A DNA stretch of 64,000 nucleotides, taken from positions 2,208,001 to 2,272,000 of the forward strand of contig OZ245006.1 of NCBI GenBank assembly GCA_965223545.1, in the 5' to 3' direction. The notes below the pieces were generated by a model. That model was not told the origin of the DNA. It saw nothing but the letters and a program-made list of their open reading frames with translations, and did not search any database. This document shows, piece after piece, positions 55,461 to 64,000 of this stretch. Every line of letters begins with the position of its first letter. Positions within the stretch are counted from its first letter, which is position 1. The stretch comes from Planctomycetota bacterium. Its GTDB lineage: Bacteria > Planctomycetota > UBA1135 > UBA2386. A program made the position numbers and the translations under genes.

Positions 55461-57593
55461 ATGACCGACAACAACACTCCCCGCCACCATCTCTCCACGC
55501 TGGCCGCCGTCGTGCTCGGCGTCGTCGGCGGTGCTCTCACCGCCCAGGACCCCGACGTCGAACAGGCACAGCGCGTGCTGTCCGGTGCCGCGGAACCGCG
55601 CGGCAACGCCGAGCAGGAGCCCGCGCCCCTGCGCGAGCTCATCGGCAGACTGGACGGGTCGGGCGGCGACGTCGCGATGGGCGAGCTCAGGCGGCTCGGA
55701 GCCCTCGCGGTCCCCGCCCTGCTCGACGCGCTGGGTTACTTCGAAGCCTACGGCATCCACCGCGCGGCCACGGTGCTCGCCAACCAGGGCGCGGAAGCTC
55801 AGGCCGTGCGCCGCCTCGCACGCCGCGACGATCAGGTCGCGCAAGTCGCCGCGCTCGAGCTGATGAACTCCACCGACGACCCCTCGTGTGGCGCAGCCCT
55901 GCTCGACAGCAAGCACGCTGCCATCCGCGTGCGAGCAGCGCTCGCCTTGGCCTCCGCGGGAGGACACCTCGAACGCGCGCAGGCGATCGCCAAAGACGCG
56001 CTGTCCGACCCCGACTTGGCGGAGACGGCGGTGGCGACGCTGGCACACGCGATCCCCGCGCATGCGCAAGCGCAAGCCGACGCGACGCTCGACCTTCTCG
56101 AGCGCGACACGCCAGAGCTTGCCAAAGCGTTCTGTCAGCACGCGGTCTACGCCAAGAAGCCATGGCCACGCCCCATCGAAACGCGCCTCCGCGACGGCGA
56201 CGACCGCGCGCTCGATCTCGCCGTCGAGTTGGGGCTTCCGATCCCGCGAGAGTCCATGCAGACACTGCTGTGGCGACACGTCGACGAGAACGGCATCGAC
56301 AAGCACCCAGCCCGGGCGAGCGCGCTGCTGGCCGCGACCGAAGCAATGCACCCGCTGCCCGACTTCGCCCTCGAGGCACTGGGGCGCGCGATCCACACCG
56401 ACCTCGGCTCGATGGCTCTCGCGATCCTGGAGGAGCGGGCGCCCGACCGCCTCGCCGCCATGACCCCCGACCTCATCTACGGCGAAACCGCCAAGGAGTG
56501 GCTGCGCGAACACGCCGGCCCCGACCACGCGCGCTACGCGGCGCGCGGTCTCAAGCGCGAATGGGAGGAGTGGCTCGAGTGGGTCGTCACGCACCGCAGC
56601 GACGGCTCCAACCTGCAGGACATCCTCGTCCTCGTCGAGAACCCGATCCCCTACGGGCGCCGCGACGATCTCCGCCGCACCGCGAACGGAGCCCTCGAAC
56701 GCTGGTTCGCATCCGAGCACGTCGCCGCCGCCGTGCAGGCGATCCCGAACATCGACGCGGAGGTCAGCAACACCATCCTGCGCCTGTGCGCGGAGCACGC
56801 CACCGAAGCAGCCGCTCCGGCGCTCGCCGACTGCCTTCAGCAAGCGCGAGAGCATTCTCCCGAGCTGAATCCGGACGACAACTCCGGCGCACCGCTCCCT
56901 CGACACAAATGGATCCAAGGGGTCGTCTCCGCCCTTGGAAGCGCCGGCGGACCACTCGCCGAAGCAGCGCTGTTGCCAATCCTCGAAGAGGACCATGTGC
57001 GGACTCACGCACTGAGGGTATTGCTCAAAATCACCGGCGACCGGGTCGCCTTGCTGCGACGAGTGTTGCAGCGGCCGGACGCACACGAGTTCCTATCCCT
57101 GGTCGCGGGAGCGCGCGAAGCCACGGCGGATGAAGAGATCCGGTCGGCGATGCTCGCCGTCCTGCGCGGCGTCCCCGACGAGTTGGATCCGGGGTGGGTC
57201 TTGCACGATTACCTCAACGAGATGCCAGCCGAACAACGCGTCGCCAGCGCCATCGAGCTGCTCGCCAACGGCGCCGAGACTCCACACCTCATCGCCAGCC
57301 TGGCCCTCGGGAAGCTCGCCGCGGCCCGCTCCGCCGATCACTGCGACGTCCTCCGCCCGATGCTCGCCCACCCTTCCGACCGCGTGCGGCGCGCGGCGAT
57401 CGAAGCCCTCGCCGCGAGCTTCGACCGCCGCACGGTCCCGCACCTGATGGCAGCCCTGCGTGACCCCGACGGCGACAACCGCCGCGTCGCGCAGCAGGCT
57501 CTGGGAGACCTCTACGAGTTCGAGTCGCGCACCGAGCACTGGAACGAAGTGTTCGGGCTCGGCGAGAAGACCGAGGGCGAGGGCAAGAAGTAG
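55461..57593 (+). CDS. Secreted HEAT-repeat protein
   Basis: Signal-like N-terminus; HEAT repeats LAHPSDRVRRAAIEAL and LRDPDGDNRRVAQQAL. Confidence 0.75.
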   Translation: MTDNNTPRHHLSTLAAVVLGVVGGALTAQDPDVEQAQRVLSGAAEPRGNAEQEPAPLRELIGRLDGSGGDVAMGELRRLGALAVPALLDALGYFEAYGIHRAATVLANQGAEAQAVRRLARRDDQVAQVAALELMNSTDDPSCGAALLDSKHAAIRVRAALALASAGGHLERAQAIAKDALSDPDLAETAVATLAHAIPAHAQAQADATLDLLERDTPELAKAFCQHAVYAKKPWPRPIETRLRDGDDRALDLAVELGLPIPRESMQTLLWRHVDENGIDKHPARASALLAATEAMHPLPDFALEALGRAIHTDLGSMALAILEERAPDRLAAMTPDLIYGETAKEWLREHAGPDHARYAARGLKREWEEWLEWVVTHRSDGSNLQDILVLVENPIPYGRRDDLRRTANGALERWFASEHVAAAVQAIPNIDAEVSNTILRLCAEHATEAAAPALADCLQQAREHSPELNPDDNSGAPLPRHKWIQGVVSALGSAGGPLAEAALLPILEEDHVRTHALRVLLKITGDRVALLRRVLQRPDAHEFLSLVAGAREATADEEIRSAMLAVLRGVPDELDPGWVLHDYLNEMPAEQRVASAIELLANGAETPHLIASLALGKLAAARSADHCDVLRPMLAHPSDRVRRAAIEALAASFDRRTVPHLMAALRDPDGDNRRVAQQALGDLYEFESRTEHWNEVFGLGEKTEGEGKK

Positions 57594-57615
57594 CGCGACC
57601 CCGCACCGCGCCCAC

Positions 57616-60600
57616 TCAATCGCCGTCCACGATCGCCCGGTAGCCGGCGGCCTCGGCCTCGCTGACCAGCTCGGGCGCGCGCCCGTGCAGCTCCAGCAAC
57701 CACCGCGCCACCGCCTTGCGCGAGCCGCGCGCGCGCTTCGACGTCAGGTTCTCCACCGCGGCGCGCAGCCGCGGCGCCGCCTCGGCGTATTTCTGCTGCG
57801 ACAGCAGGCTGCGCCCGAGCATGCCGCTGGTCTGCCAGCGGTCTTCGGCCTCGGGGCGCACCGCCTCCCAGGCGGCGAGCGAGCGGCGAAACACCGTCTC
57901 CGCTCCGGCGAAGTCGCGCGCGCTCATCAAGCTGCCCGCCCAGCGGCCGAGCGCGCCGGCGACGTCGACGTGTTCCTCACCGAACAACGCCACCTTGATG
58001 CCGCACGCCTCCGCCTGAGCGGCGGCAGCCGCTTTGAAGTCGCGCTGCCGGCGGCGCACCTGCCCGAGCCCTTCCAACGCTTCTGCAACGGCGGAGTGCT
58101 GCTCGCCGAACACGGCGCGCGCCACCGCGGCGGAGCTCTCGAACTCGGCGCCGGCGCCATCTGCATCACCCTGCGCCAGCAACGCCAGGCCGAGCCGGAA
58201 GTGGCTGTAGACCAGATCGGAGTGGTGCGCACCGTAGAGCGCGCGCTGCCGCTCCTGCACGGCGCGCAGCATCGTCTCCGCCTCGGCGGCCTCACCGCGG
58301 TGCACCAGCACCCGGCCGAGCAGGCTGCGCACCTCGACCGCCGCCGGCGCATCCGACCCGCCGAGCTCGGTCTGGATCGCCAGCGCTTCCCGCAACAGCT
58401 CCTCGGCGCGCTCGGCGTGCCGCATCCAGATGGTGTCGGCCCAGTCGAACAGCACGATGCCCAAGCTGCGCGGGCGCGCGGCGCGGTGTGCCCGCGCCAC
58501 CGCCGCTGCCTCGGCGTGCATCGCATCGGCGCGCTCGACGTCGCCGGTCAGGCCGATCGCGTGCGCCAGGGCGTTGCGGTGCACGGCGGTGGCGGGGTGG
58601 TCGTCGCCATAGGTCCGCTGCGCGATCTCCCAGGCGCGCCGGCGCAGCGACTCGACGTCGCCGGTCTCACCGACGTAGGCCAACACCGCCGACAACTCGG
58701 TCAGGGTCGAGGCCACGGTGGTGTCGTCGAAGCCGCGCGTCTCGAACGACGCCAACGCACGCCGGAACGCCGCCTGCGCGTCGTCGAAGCGCGAGGCCGC
58801 CGCCGCCACCCGCCCGGCCATGTACCACGCCTTGCCGATCTCGGTGTGGTGGTCGGGGACGCGCTCGACGAGCAGCGCCAACGCCTCTTCGACGCACGCC
58901 TGCGCCTCTGCCAACCGCCCCTGATGGCGCAACAGATCGGCGAGCACCACCTGCTGCTCGCCGAGCACCGCCGGATCCACGTCGGCCAACCCACGCAAAG
59001 CGTCGCGCAGCTGCCGCTCGGCCCCGACGAAGTCGCCGCGGTCGTGCAGCAACCACGCCCACCGCGCCTCACTCAACGCCCGCCGCTCGGGATCCGCCGC
59101 CTCGCCCGCCGTCCACAGCTGCATCGACCGGCGCAAATGCGGCTCGGCGGCGTTGGTCATGCCGAGGTTCAGGTACGCCCAGCCGATGGTCGAGCGCAGC
59201 ACGGCTTCGACCGCAGGCTCGGCCTCGATCTGCTTGCCCAACCGCCGCTCGAAGTCGTCGAGTAGCTGGCGCACGGTGAAGTCGGGACCGTGGCGCTCGT
59301 GCGGATCCGAGGCGCCGAGCATCTGCTCGGTGAGCCGCAGCACCGCCGCGGTGCGCTCGGCCTCGGCGCGCGCGGTGGCAGCACTGTCCTCCGCCCGGCG
59401 GCGCAGATCGCGCTCGGCCGCCTCGGCGACGAGCGCGCGCTGCAGGGCCCAGGCGATGCCGACCACACCGGCGAGCAGCGCGACCAACACCAGAGCCGCG
59501 ACCGCCAGCGCCTGCCGGTGACGCGCGGCGAACTTGCGCAGGCGGTAGCCCGCGCCCGGCGGCCCGGCCTCGACCGCCTGGCCGTCGAGGTAACGCTGCA
59601 GATCGGCGGCGAGCGCGCTGGCCGTCGGGTAGCGCCGCGACCGGTCCTTGTCGATCGCACACATCACGATCCAGTCGAGGTCGCCGCGCATCACGCGCCC
59701 GAGCTGCGCCGGATCGGTGCGGCGCCGGCGGGCGACGGCCTGCAAATCCTCGCCCAGCGTGCTGATGCGCGTACTCGGCCTCGGCGGCTCTTCCTCGCTG
59801 ATCTGACGCAGCATCTCGACGTAGCCCGCCGCGGCCGACGGCTCGACCGAGAACGGCTTGGTGCCGGTCAAGAGTTCGTACAGGACCACGCCGAGGCTGT
59901 ACACGTCGACCCGCGTATCGATGTCGAGGCCACCGCTGCGCGCCTGCTCGGGCGCCATGTACTCCGGTGTGCCGATCAGCTGGCGCAGCTCGGTGAACAC
60001 CGTCTGCTGGGTCAGCTCCTGACTGGTCGCTTTGGCCACCCCAAAATCGATCACCACCGGCGTCGGCTCGCCGCCGTCGGCGCCGACCAGGATGTTGCTG
60101 GGCTTGAGATCGCGATGGATCACGCCCTTCTGGTGCGCGTGCTGCACCGCGAGACACACCGTGCGCAGCAGCTGCACGCGGGCGCGGAGCTCCAAGCCCT
60201 CGGCGTCGCAGAACTCGGTGATCGGCAGCCCCGAGACCAGCTCCATGACGAAGTAGGGGCGCCCGCGCGGCGTCGCCCCGCCATCGAGCACGGTGGCGAT
60301 GTTGGGGTGGTCCATCAGCGCCAGGGCCTGCCGCTCGGCTTCGAAGCGGGCCACCACCTGCTTGGTGTCCATGCCGCGCTTGATCACCTTGAGGGCGACG
60401 CGCCGCCGCACCGGCTCCGTTTGCTGCGCCCGCCAGACCTCGCCGAATCCCCCCTCACCGATCTTCTCGAGCAGCTTGTACCGATCGATCACCGCGCCGC
60501 GCTCCTCGCCGCCGGCAGCGTGGTCGACAGTTGGCGCCGCCAAGAACGCGCCGGCCTCGCGGTGCGCCACCAGCAGCGTCTCGACCTGAGCGCGGAGCGC

Positions 60601-60702
60601 GGCGTCGCCGGCGCACTCGCGGTCGAGATACGCGCCGCGCTCCTCGGTCGGCCGCTCCAAAGCGTGGTCGAACAGATCTTTGGCGCGGCGGGCGAGACTC
60701 AT
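57616..60702 (-). CDS. Serine/threonine protein kinase with TM and TPR repeats
   Basis: IGEGGFGEV, VALK, HRDLKPSN, DFG, GTPEYMAPE; TPR-like C-terminus. Confidence 0.95.
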   Translation of the reverse strand: MSLARRAKDLFDHALERPTEERGAYLDRECAGDAALRAQVETLLVAHREAGAFLAAPTVDHAAGGEERGAVIDRYKLLEKIGEGGFGEVWRAQQTEPVRRRVALKVIKRGMDTKQVVARFEAERQALALMDHPNIATVLDGGATPRGRPYFVMELVSGLPITEFCDAEGLELRARVQLLRTVCLAVQHAHQKGVIHRDLKPSNILVGADGGEPTPVVIDFGVAKATSQELTQQTVFTELRQLIGTPEYMAPEQARSGGLDIDTRVDVYSLGVVLYELLTGTKPFSVEPSAAAGYVEMLRQISEEEPPRPSTRISTLGEDLQAVARRRRTDPAQLGRVMRGDLDWIVMCAIDKDRSRRYPTASALAADLQRYLDGQAVEAGPPGAGYRLRKFAARHRQALAVAALVLVALLAGVVGIAWALQRALVAEAAERDLRRRAEDSAATARAEAERTAAVLRLTEQMLGASDPHERHGPDFTVRQLLDDFERRLGKQIEAEPAVEAVLRSTIGWAYLNLGMTNAAEPHLRRSMQLWTAGEAADPERRALSEARWAWLLHDRGDFVGAERQLRDALRGLADVDPAVLGEQQVVLADLLRHQGRLAEAQACVEEALALLVERVPDHHTEIGKAWYMAGRVAAAASRFDDAQAAFRRALASFETRGFDDTTVASTLTELSAVLAYVGETGDVESLRRRAWEIAQRTYGDDHPATAVHRNALAHAIGLTGDVERADAMHAEAAAVARAHRAARPRSLGIVLFDWADTIWMRHAERAEELLREALAIQTELGGSDAPAAVEVRSLLGRVLVHRGEAAEAETMLRAVQERQRALYGAHHSDLVYSHFRLGLALLAQGDADGAGAEFESSAAVARAVFGEQHSAVAEALEGLGQVRRRQRDFKAAAAAQAEACGIKVALFGEEHVDVAGALGRWAGSLMSARDFAGAETVFRRSLAAWEAVRPEAEDRWQTSGMLGRSLLSQQKYAEAAPRLRAAVENLTSKRARGSRKAVARWLLELHGRAPELVSEAEAAGYRAIVDGD

Positions 60703-60763
60703 CGCGGACCGCGAGAATACGGTCCCCGCGCACCCGGCGCACCCGGCGGCCGCGGGCCGCGAC

Positions 60764-62791
60764 TCAACGCCGGCTGCGACCGAACCCCGGCGCGCGCGGT
60801 CTGCCGCCGGGCCGCAAACCGCGCGCCTCCGGCCCGAGCAGAGGCCGCCAGCGCCGGTCGGGGTGCAGCACCTTCGCCAACTCCAAGTGTTGCGTAGCGA
60901 GCTCGCGCTGCGGAGGGTCGATCATCAAACACGCTTGTGCGTACACCCAGTGCAGCCAGAGATCGGCATCGTGCTCGTCGAGGGCGAACGCCAGCACCTC
61001 GCTGGCCCGGGCAGCCGCGCGCTCGCCAATCCACGCTTGCGCCAACAGGAGCGCGGTCTCGGCAGGCACCTTTGCGGCCTCTCCCGCCAGGAGCCGGTCG
61101 GTGAGGCGGCCAAGCCGATCGGCATCGTGGGCGGCCCACGCGGTGCGAATGTCGGCGCGGGTGGGGTCCGCGTCGATCGCACTCGCGACCGTTAGCAGGT
61201 GCGGGGCCACGTCGCCGCCGCGGCGGTGCTCTCGCGCGCGTCGGGCCCAGTCCTCGAGAGCCCGCGGCACGGCCGCCCCCAGCGCGTCACCGGCGACCGA
61301 CGCGGCGACCGTCGCAGGCGCGTTGCCCAGCACCGCGATGCCGTGCTCTTCGAACAGCCTCTGGTAAGCGTGCACCACCTTGGGGCTCGGGTCCGGGTCC
61401 GAACGCAGGCGCAGCACCTGCTCGGCGAAGTGTGCTCTCCGGCGGTGCGCGGTGACGTGCGCCCGCGTATCGCGCAGCGCTTGCTCCAGACCGAACGCCG
61501 ACGCGTCCGCGCCGGCCAGGCCCTCGGCGCGCTCGAGCACGGCCAAGGCACCGTCCGGGTCGCCGGCCGCCAACGCAGTCGCCTGCCGCATGCCATCGAC
61601 GACCGCGCGCCGCAGGTCGTCGCGCTCGGCAGTGCGAATCCACCACCCCGCGACGCCCGCCGTCAACGCCAACAGCACGATGCCGACCAGCAACACGGTC
61701 ACCCGCCGCGCGCGGCGCTCGGCGCCGGCCCGCGCCTCCGCAGCGGCGGCGGCGATGCGCGCCTCGCGGACATTCTGCTCGGCGCGCTCCAGAGTGTCGT
61801 GGACCGCGGCCCCGACCTCCGCCGCGGACGGCGGCCGCGCCGCCGGATCCGCGGCCAGACAGCGAAGTGCCAGCTGCACGACCGACGCCTCGGCGCCACA
61901 GCCCGACAGGCGCGTGCGCGCGTCGTCGAGCTGCGCGGTGCGGGCGGACTCGAGCGCGGCGTCCCCGCCATAAGGGGGCGCCCCGGTCAAGATCTCGCAC
62001 AGCATCGCCCCCAACGCGAACACGTCGGTGCGGGCGTCGACCGCCTCGTGATCGCCCGCCGCCTGCTCGGGAGCCATGTAGGCCGGCGTCCCGAACATCG
62101 AGCCGGCAAGCGAGACCGCGGCATCGACACCGGTGCGCACGGTCTCCACCGCACGGCCGGGCGAGCCCGCAGCCTCACCCACGACCTTGGCGAAGCCCCA
62201 GTCCATGACCTGCACCTCACCGAACGCGCCGACCATCACGTTGTGCGGCTTGAGGTCGCGGTGGACCACACTGCGCGCGTGCGCGTAGGCGACGGTATCG
62301 CAGACCGTGGCAAACACCCGCAGCCACCGCCCGCGCTGGTCCTCGACGTCGGACCGCTTCGCCAGCAGCGCGGACAAGGTCTCGCCCTCGACCAGCTTCA
62401 TCGCGAACCACGGCCGCCCGTCGGGATCCACGCCGAAGTCGTAGATCGGCACGACACCGGGATGCTGCAACTGACCGGCGATCTGCGCTTCTTCGACGAA
62501 GCGGCGCACGAGCTCACCATCGGTGGCCAGCTCGACGTGCAGACGCTTGACCGCGACGACCCGACCCAGGTCGAGGTCGCGCGCGCGCCATACCGAGCCG
62601 ACCCCACCCCGGGCGATCTCCTCGCCCAGCTCGAAGCGGCCGAGCCCGGACCGACCACGCAGATCGAGGTCGACTCTCGCGTCCGACGCGCCCCCGCACG
62701 TCGTGAACGCGGACTCCAACGCCCGGTCCCACGAGGCCTCGGGGATCGGCTCCTCGGCGGGGGGCAACTCGACGGGATCGGGCGCGGTCAT
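60764..62791 (-). CDS. Serine/threonine protein kinase with TM segment
   Basis: IARGGVG, VAVK, HRDLKPHN, DWG, GTPAYMAPE. Confidence 0.93.
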   Translation of the reverse strand: MTAPDPVELPPAEEPIPEASWDRALESAFTTCGGASDARVDLDLRGRSGLGRFELGEEIARGGVGSVWRARDLDLGRVVAVKRLHVELATDGELVRRFVEEAQIAGQLQHPGVVPIYDFGVDPDGRPWFAMKLVEGETLSALLAKRSDVEDQRGRWLRVFATVCDTVAYAHARSVVHRDLKPHNVMVGAFGEVQVMDWGFAKVVGEAAGSPGRAVETVRTGVDAAVSLAGSMFGTPAYMAPEQAAGDHEAVDARTDVFALGAMLCEILTGAPPYGGDAALESARTAQLDDARTRLSGCGAEASVVQLALRCLAADPAARPPSAAEVGAAVHDTLERAEQNVREARIAAAAAEARAGAERRARRVTVLLVGIVLLALTAGVAGWWIRTAERDDLRRAVVDGMRQATALAAGDPDGALAVLERAEGLAGADASAFGLEQALRDTRAHVTAHRRRAHFAEQVLRLRSDPDPSPKVVHAYQRLFEEHGIAVLGNAPATVAASVAGDALGAAVPRALEDWARRAREHRRGGDVAPHLLTVASAIDADPTRADIRTAWAAHDADRLGRLTDRLLAGEAAKVPAETALLLAQAWIGERAAARASEVLAFALDEHDADLWLHWVYAQACLMIDPPQRELATQHLELAKVLHPDRRWRPLLGPEARGLRPGGRPRAPGFGRSRR

Positions 62792-62855
62792 GACAAACGG
62801 ACAACCAGAGTAGTGTCCCGCGCACGACGCGGTTTCGCGGCGAGAATCACTGCCC

Positions 62856-63524
62856 TCACAACAGGCCGAGCAGCATCCGGCATTCGCGGTCGACCGCTCC
62901 GGGCGGTCCGGTCAAGTGCTCGCCGACTTCGGCGCGCAGCGCCTGCTTGAACTCGTCGCGCGCCTTCGCGTACTCCCGGTGCACGTGCGCGGGGTCTTCG
63001 CCCCATGCCGCGGCGATCTCCCGGATCGGCAACCCCTCCTGAAACCGCTGCCGCAACAGCTCGACGCGGCGCTCTGCCCGCGCGCCCGACGCCGCGGCCT
63101 GGCGGCGCTGCCGCTCGACCGCGCGAGCGATCATCGCCCGGGCCCAATGCCGATCGAAGACGCGAGACACCGAGGTGTCCGCGCTCGAGACGCTGGAGTC
63201 GAGCGCGACGGCGCCGGCCTGCCGCGCGGCGCGCTCCTCGTGGCGCAGCGCGACGCGGTGCGCCACTCCGAACAGGAAGCTGCGGAAGTTCGCGCCGCGC
63301 TCGCGATCGACCTTCTGCAGGGCACCACCGGAGCGAAACAGGTCGAGAAACACCTCCTGCACGGCGTCCTCGACGCTGGCGGCGCGCGGGGACCCACGCC
63401 AGCGCGCGCCAAAGAAGGCGCGCACGACGTCGAGGTAGGCCTGCGCAAACCGACTGCCCGCGGCGCCATCACCGGCGGCGGCGCGGTCGATCAGGGACCA
63501 GCACGTGTCGAGCTCGCGTGTCAC
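62856..63524 (-). CDS. ECF sigma factor (kinase-associated type)
   Basis: TCWSLIDRAAAGD, EDAVQEVF, FRSFL, FDRHWA, region 4 GLPIREIA; start approximate. Confidence 0.88.
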   Translation of the reverse strand: MTRELDTCWSLIDRAAAGDGAAGSRFAQAYLDVVRAFFGARWRGSPRAASVEDAVQEVFLDLFRSGGALQKVDRERGANFRSFLFGVAHRVALRHEERAARQAGAVALDSSVSSADTSVSRVFDRHWARAMIARAVERQRRQAAASGARAERRVELLRQRFQEGLPIREIAAAWGEDPAHVHREYAKARDEFKQALRAEVGEHLTGPPGAVDRECRMLLGLL

Positions 63525-63723
63525 GGGAATTGACGAAGTCGCCCGAGCGGCAACCAGGTCCGCAGTATGCCCGTGCCCGCGGCGAGTTGCAGCCGCAGCG
63601 CCTCTCCGCCGGGCGCCGGCGGATTTTGCGCGCGAGAACCGGACGCCGCCGGGACCTCGTGCATTGCGCGGCAGCGCCGTTCGCACCGCCGCGTGCGTGA
63701 CCACTGCAAGACAGGGAGCTGCG

Positions 63724-64000
63724 ATGCACCATCCGTCCACCCGAAGCCTGATCGCGACCGTGCTGCTGCTCGGTTGCGGCACCACCATCACCGCGCAGGG
63801 CGGACCACCCCGTGGCCTGCCCCCGCTGCGGGTGCCAACGGCCAACCCGATCAGCACCGCCAAGATCAACCTCGGCAAGGCGTTGTTCTTCGAAGAGCAG
63901 CTGTCCGCGACGAAGACCGTGGCCTGTGCGACGTGCCATCTGCCGGAAGCCGGTGGCGGCGACCCGCGCACCGGCACCGCGCGCCATCCCGGCTTCGACG
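63724..64000 (+). CDS. Cytochrome c peroxidase/MauG family protein, 5' part only
   Basis: Manual translation: signal peptide, NPISTAKINLGKALFFEEQLS...ACATCH (CxxCH); runs off the window. Confidence 0.85.
   Translation, partial: MHHPSTRSLIATVLLLGCGTTITAQGGPPRGLPPLRVPTANPISTAKINLGKALFFEEQLSATKTVACATCHLPEAGGGDPRTGTARHPGFD

Noticed and set aside
336..62950. Long antisense or alternative-frame ORFs (e.g. 336-2570, 10020-12491, 12491-14908, 35027-37507, 38066-40639, 61199-62950)
   Set aside because: They overlap well-supported genes, are Arg/Ala/Pro-rich without motifs, and are expected in high-GC DNA.

Overview
High-GC bacterial window, probably from a planctomycete-like lineage (inferred from the ValRS insertions, ECF sigma/Ser-Thr kinase cluster, BlaI/BlaR1 pair and secreted beta-propeller proteins). 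Most of it is housekeeping and accessory genes: dsrE-like/tusA, valS, hslO, mutM, recCBD, a nitrilase, SSS and MFS transporters, a PTPS/QueD-family enzyme, S8 and M12 proteases, a divergent EF-G paralogue, a PhnCDE-like (putative selenate) ABC transporter with a LysR regulator, glyA, a two-component system, two protein kinases with an ECF sigma factor, and the start of a cytochrome c peroxidase. The main highlight is 47.1-52.8 kb. There, a mosaic array of three hairpin modules joined at CAGCTC/GAGCTG junctions sits next to a Y1/HUH (RAYT-like) transposase. Two nearly identical 2033-nt class C group II introns have inserted in opposite orientations at GATG^GTG in the 3' arm of one module, and an empty copy of that target lies between them. 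Other notable items are a candidate structured ncRNA (24.85-25.07 kb), a perfect 52-bp-arm palindrome (6949-7055), and a shared C-terminal domain on three unrelated secreted proteins and one gene fragment.
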